Shown here in pieces: positions 60,245 to 64,000 of a stretch of DNA of 64,000 bases. The translations under genes and the position numbers were made by a program. Position 1 is the first letter of the stretch; the number at the start of each line of letters is the position of its first letter. Source of the DNA: an uncultured candidate division Zixibacteria bacterium (GTDB taxonomy: Bacteria > Zixibacteria > MSB-5A5 > GN15 > FEB-12); NCBI GenBank assembly GCA_963664195.1, contig OY760907.1:3680001-3744000 (forward strand), written 5' to 3'. Below the pieces are notes generated by a model that was not told where the DNA came from, made no database searches, and saw nothing but the letters and a program-made list of their open reading frames with translations.

Positions 60245-61357
60245 TTACGAGGGCGAACCGGCCGGTGCCGAGGGAGTCGTGGTATCGGAAGCGGACCGAT
60301 CCTTCTTCTCATGACGTCGCCGTTCAAGCGTATTGAAGAGTCGGCTGATCTTCTTTTTCTCCCCCTTCTCAAGGTACACACGGATCAATTCCAGCAAGTA
60401 CAGGTGATCTTGCGGGTAGTCATCAACCAGTTGTTCCCACATTTCCGCGGCGAGGTCCATGTCGCCCTTTTTCTCGTAAAACTCAGCGAGGGCTCTGCGT
60501 GCCTCCGGGTTTTTGGGAGCGTGATCGAGGATTATCTGGCATATATTCTGAATCTCACCAAAACGGCCCAGATCGAAAAACGCTTTCTGTAGCCGGTCGA
60601 TAACCAGGTGTCCCTGATCCGGCACAGCGGTGATCAGTTTGGTCCAGAACGTCACGGCATCATCGAGACGATTCTCTTCGTAGTACGAATCACCAATAGC
60701 GAGATAGGCGCCGGTGAACGTCTGGTCGAGACCGATTGCTTCCTTGTACAGAATCCGCGCCTTGTGATACTCACGTTTCCGCGCGAGCTGCTCACCTTCC
60801 TGGTACTTGTACTTCGCCAGCGGCTTCTTGGACTTATTGGCTTCGAGCTTCAGTATCTGCACCGCACACTCGTAGGCAGCCTCCCACTTCTGGTCCTTTT
60901 CGAGCAGAGTCAGGAGCCGCGTATGCGCCCAATGATTGGACGAATCCAGTGAAATCAACTCCCGGAGGGCTTCCTCGGCCATCTTAGCATCACTCGCAGC
61001 CAGGGAATCCGAGGCCAGGTGACGCAGAATGGCAACCTTGTCTTGAAGGGATAATCCAGGTCTCAGGGCAAGGTCTTTGTGTACCTGCAAGGCCCGTTCC
61101 GGCTGGTTGTTCTCACGGAGTATCTGGCCGAGGCGCAAATAGGCATCGAGGTTAGTGGAGTCTTCCATCACCACCTGACGAAGCTTGGTGAAAGCCGATT
61201 CCTGACGACCGTCGAGTAGATCGCGAAGCGCATCCAGATAGGCCGATGACTCTGGTTTTCCTTTCCTGCGGAAGACCCTCTCGTATCCCAGGTAAAAAGC
61301 GAAGGCAACCATTGCCAGCAGGAGAAATACAAGAATGTAATCAACCATAATGCTCAC
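60245..61357 (-). CDS. LapB-like membrane-anchored TPR protein
   Basis: N-terminal TM, AYLRLGQILRE...RALQVHKDL, TPRs; follows a LapA-like gene; no C-terminal rubredoxin CxxC seen. Confidence 0.7.
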   Translation of the reverse strand: MSIMVDYILVFLLLAMVAFAFYLGYERVFRRKGKPESSAYLDALRDLLDGRQESAFTKLRQVVMEDSTNLDAYLRLGQILRENNQPERALQVHKDLALRPGLSLQDKVAILRHLASDSLAASDAKMAEEALRELISLDSSNHWAHTRLLTLLEKDQKWEAAYECAVQILKLEANKSKKPLAKYKYQEGEQLARKREYHKARILYKEAIGLDQTFTGAYLAIGDSYYEENRLDDAVTFWTKLITAVPDQGHLVIDRLQKAFFDLGRFGEIQNICQIILDHAPKNPEARRALAEFYEKKGDMDLAAEMWEQLVDDYPQDHLYLLELIRVYLEKGEKKKISRLFNTLERRRHEKKDRSASDTTTPSAPAGSPS

Positions 61358-61722
61358 CCCTTCGCAAACGGAGACTTAAGCTCGTCATTCTTGCGATCAG
61401 CTCCCTTGAGAAGTTCGGCGGATTCCTCGATCGGTCGGTTGCGCAGAATCGAAACCTCCGACTCAAGCGATCTGATACGTCGCCGAGACGAATGGACCTG
61501 CACCGACTGCTTGATATAGATCGTGACAAAAAGCAACATCGACAGAATCGCGCCGGACACAAACGACCAGAACACGACCGTCACCAGCGGCACGTTCACA
61601 TAGTTCGGCAGGACCGGCTCAAGTCTTACGTCAACCGTCTGGTCGGCCCCGAAGTTGTTATAAGCAAACGCAACAACCAGAAGAACCAGCCCGAGTACCA
61701 GGATTGCCCTTACGGCCCACAT
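61354..61722 (-). CDS. LapA-family (DUF1049) membrane protein
   Basis: Two TM helices then coiled RRIRSLESEVSILRNRPI. Confidence 0.75.
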   Translation of the reverse strand: MWAVRAILVLGLVLLVVAFAYNNFGADQTVDVRLEPVLPNYVNVPLVTVVFWSFVSGAILSMLLFVTIYIKQSVQVHSSRRRIRSLESEVSILRNRPIEESAELLKGADRKNDELKSPFAKG

Positions 61723-61825
61723 ACGACCTCCGTCGATTTGGCATTCTCAACCATAGCTTTTCAATCTACCACGGGCCAAAACAGGGGTCAACCAAAAAAG
61801 AAATGCCCTTTCCCGTGAGCCGGAC

Positions 61826-62515
61826 CTATTCTTCTTCCGCCTCAATGTCTGTCCATTTCAAAGAAGTAATGACCGGTGTCACCTCGGACAGAACCGATTC
61901 GAAATACGGCCACTCGGCGATCAGATGAAACAGGTAGATATGGTCGTGGTGTTTGACCACAAAAATCGCACCACCATACGAATCCCTGACAACTTTGACA
62001 GCGGTCGAACCGGCCGAAGTGGATACTTGCTGTCTATACTTGGCCTGCCCCTGCCAAAGCACTCCGGATTCACCGTCGATCTCGATACGTCCCCGCCCCT
62101 TGGCCAGTACATCGCCCTGCAGGATATCGGTCCGCTGAAGAATCTCGAATTCCTTCAGGATATCGCTCTTCTGATCCGACTTGTAGTCATCGCTCAGGAG
62201 CGAGTCCAGGAACGTATGCAGATGCATTGAAGTGGTGTCCACGTAGACGCTCACTTTCGGAATCTTGGCGTAGTCCGGAACGGCCACGAATTGATTCGGA
62301 ATCGCATAATTGTTCTGCATGAGAGTCAGACGCAGCTTTTCTTTGTCTTTCTTGATGCTCGGTTTCCAGTTGTCATGCATCGTCATCTGGAAGGGGAACT
62401 GGGCGTCCGTATAGACGTCGTTCTTGATTTTGCCCGCCTTTTTTGTCTTCCGGCCCGCATTCACGACCGGTACCATCATCAACACCGCAATTGCGACCAA
62501 TAGAAGTCTCTTCAT
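61826..62515 (-). CDS. Secreted hypothetical protein
   Basis: SD GAGGAG then signal MKRLLLVAIAVLMMVPVVNA; start reassigned from 62641. Confidence 0.7.
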   Translation of the reverse strand: MKRLLLVAIAVLMMVPVVNAGRKTKKAGKIKNDVYTDAQFPFQMTMHDNWKPSIKKDKEKLRLTLMQNNYAIPNQFVAVPDYAKIPKVSVYVDTTSMHLHTFLDSLLSDDYKSDQKSDILKEFEILQRTDILQGDVLAKGRGRIEIDGESGVLWQGQAKYRQQVSTSAGSTAVKVVRDSYGGAIFVVKHHDHIYLFHLIAEWPYFESVLSEVTPVITSLKWTDIEAEEE

Positions 62516-62676
62516 GGGGATTCTCCTCGTCCTCATAACCCTGTCATTCTCTCCTCGGTCTAACATTCGTTCTTTATACCCATTAGTCAAGGATTTATTC
62601 CCAAAGACGCAGGAGATCGTGTCCACAATCGGGTTGTTCAAGTAGTCAAAGAGATTGGTACAGAACGGATTACAGT

Positions 62677-63546
62677 CTATCGCTCGAATCCGATACGGCT
62701 TCGTGTAGCAAGGCGGATGTGATTGCGCATGGTAGTGAATTCGAACTCACCGATCAGGCGATCCAACTTCTGTTCAAACACGGAGGTTGAACCGCGCATG
62801 CGGAGGCGCTGAAGGTAGGTCATACCCGGAATTTCAGGGGGATCAGGATCGAATTCCCACGGATGGACGTACGCCACAACCGGTTGCCCCTGATGGTTAA
62901 GTTTGCGTATCATGCGCCGCGAGTACCAGTAGGGTGAGTGCCGAAGATACCCGCCGCCACCGAGCGGAATGTTCTGTCCAAAGAACCGCTGGGTCGAGGC
63001 CGGGAACTCGAACAGATAATTGCCATTGCTGGTTTTGAGCTTGTGGAGCGTGCGCGGTCCGGTCGGCATGCCGTAGAGATCGTGTTTGATCGGGAAAATC
63101 GAGCTGTCGTATTCAAATCCGAGATCAGAGAGTATGTCGAAAGCCCACGGTACGGTATTGTTGATCGACCAACTCGGCGCACGGTAGCCAATCGGACGGC
63201 TGCGTAGCGGTTTGGATATTGCCTCAAGTGCGCGCTCAGTATCCTCTCGGAATTCCTCCGGGGTCAGCGAATCAACCTGAATATGCCGATAGCTGTGGCA
63301 GCCAATCTCATGCCCGGAATCGGCGATGCGACGAATAAGGTCAGGATGCTGTTCGGCGCACCATCCCAGTATGAACCATGTGGCGGTCACCTGGTTTCGT
63401 GCGAAGAGCTTCAAGAGGCGAATACAGTTGCGTTCCAGAGTGGATTCCAGCGAAGGCCAGTCTTCAAACCGGTACCTGCTGGCGAGGGCTTCTACGACAA
63501 ACCACTCCTCGAGGTCCACGGTCAGAACGTTAAACAGCGTACTCAT
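62677..63546 (-). CDS. Polysaccharide deacetylase (DUF3473 / PEP-CTERM-locus type)
   Basis: LTVDLEEWF, ATWFILGW, GHEIGCHSYRH, GYRAPSWSI, YDSSIFP, GGGYLR, YVHPWEFDP. Confidence 0.9.
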   Translation of the reverse strand: MSTLFNVLTVDLEEWFVVEALASRYRFEDWPSLESTLERNCIRLLKLFARNQVTATWFILGWCAEQHPDLIRRIADSGHEIGCHSYRHIQVDSLTPEEFREDTERALEAISKPLRSRPIGYRAPSWSINNTVPWAFDILSDLGFEYDSSIFPIKHDLYGMPTGPRTLHKLKTSNGNYLFEFPASTQRFFGQNIPLGGGGYLRHSPYWYSRRMIRKLNHQGQPVVAYVHPWEFDPDPPEIPGMTYLQRLRMRGSTSVFEQKLDRLIGEFEFTTMRNHIRLATRSRIGFER

Positions 63547-63559
63547 GAGTCAGGCCCGA

Positions 63560-64000
63560 CTAGCGGTGAATCTTCTTCTTGTCCGTGGCATCCGTACGGT
63601 CGCCGGCAGATTGGTTCATCGGGCGAGAACCAGCCGGCTTAAGATTCGGATTGGACTTGGATTTCCGCTGACTACCCTTTTCCGGCTTGGGCGAATAGTC
63701 GTAATTGTAATGGGTGTAGTCGTAATAGTACGGAAGAGAACCGTTCACATTATTGAGCACCGCTCCGAGGAGATTCGTCCCTCCCGAGGACATGATCTCA
63801 GCAGCCCGGGCCACAACCTCACGTGCGGTAGCCCCGGCTTTAATGACCAGCAGAGTGCCGTCGACTTCCTGAGCCAGCAACATTGGATCTGAGACCGGGA
63901 TCACCGGAGGCGAATCGATGAAGACGTAATCGTAATAGAATTTCTGCTCTGCAATAAGGGCGCCGATCTGGCGGGCATCAAACAACTCTGTCGGGTTTGG
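63560..64000 (-). CDS. C-terminal part of a CpsD/CapB (Wzc-type) tyrosine kinase; start lies outside the window
   Basis: YDYVFIDSPPV, DGTLLVI, LGAVLN, Tyr cluster YYYDYTHYNYDY. Confidence 0.88.
   Translation of the reverse strand, partial: PNPTELFDARQIGALIAEQKFYYDYVFIDSPPVIPVSDPMLLAQEVDGTLLVIKAGATAREVVARAAEIMSSGGTNLLGAVLNNVNGSLPYYYDYTHYNYDYSPKPEKGSQRKSKSNPNLKPAGSRPMNQSAGDRTDATDKKKIHR

Noticed and set aside
1..64000. tRNA, rRNA, integrase or prophage genes
   Set aside because: No T-loop or cloverleaf signatures in intergenic DNA and no recognisable phage or recombinase ORFs by eye; tRNAscan-SE would be decisive.

Overview
Bacterial chromosomal window, probably from an FCB-superphylum organism such as Ca. 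Zixibacteria. This is inferred from the Cys-flanked dockerin-like C-termini, a QNYPNPFN C-terminal domain and a Bacteroidota-type bS22. It is mostly housekeeping: an FMN-riboswitch rib operon with nusB, efp-rnhC, hrcA-grpE-dnaK-dnaJ-prmA-rsmE-pilD, purD-purE, HU, sppA, mltD, miaA-mutL-mutS, lapA/lapB-like genes and the end of a polysaccharide locus. Accessory content: (1) four proteins with a near-identical duplicated dockerin-like tail plus one large secreted protein with a cohesin-like module; (2) a two-gene insert of a small acidic ORF and a Rad50/SMC-like ATPase with a HEPN-like/Zn-ribbon C-terminus, a defence candidate; (3) a complete IS481 with 26-bp IRs and a 7-bp TSD inside a gene remnant; (4) a sigma54 activator next to two enhancer-like palindromes and a -24/-12 promoter preceding a lipoprotein-DUF4384-Lys-rich operon; (5) four sigma28-like promoters; (6) an unannotated 31-aa bS22 gene followed by a 6S-like RNA candidate. 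I saw no CRISPR array, tRNA or rRNA. All family assignments come from motif recognition by eye, not database searches.
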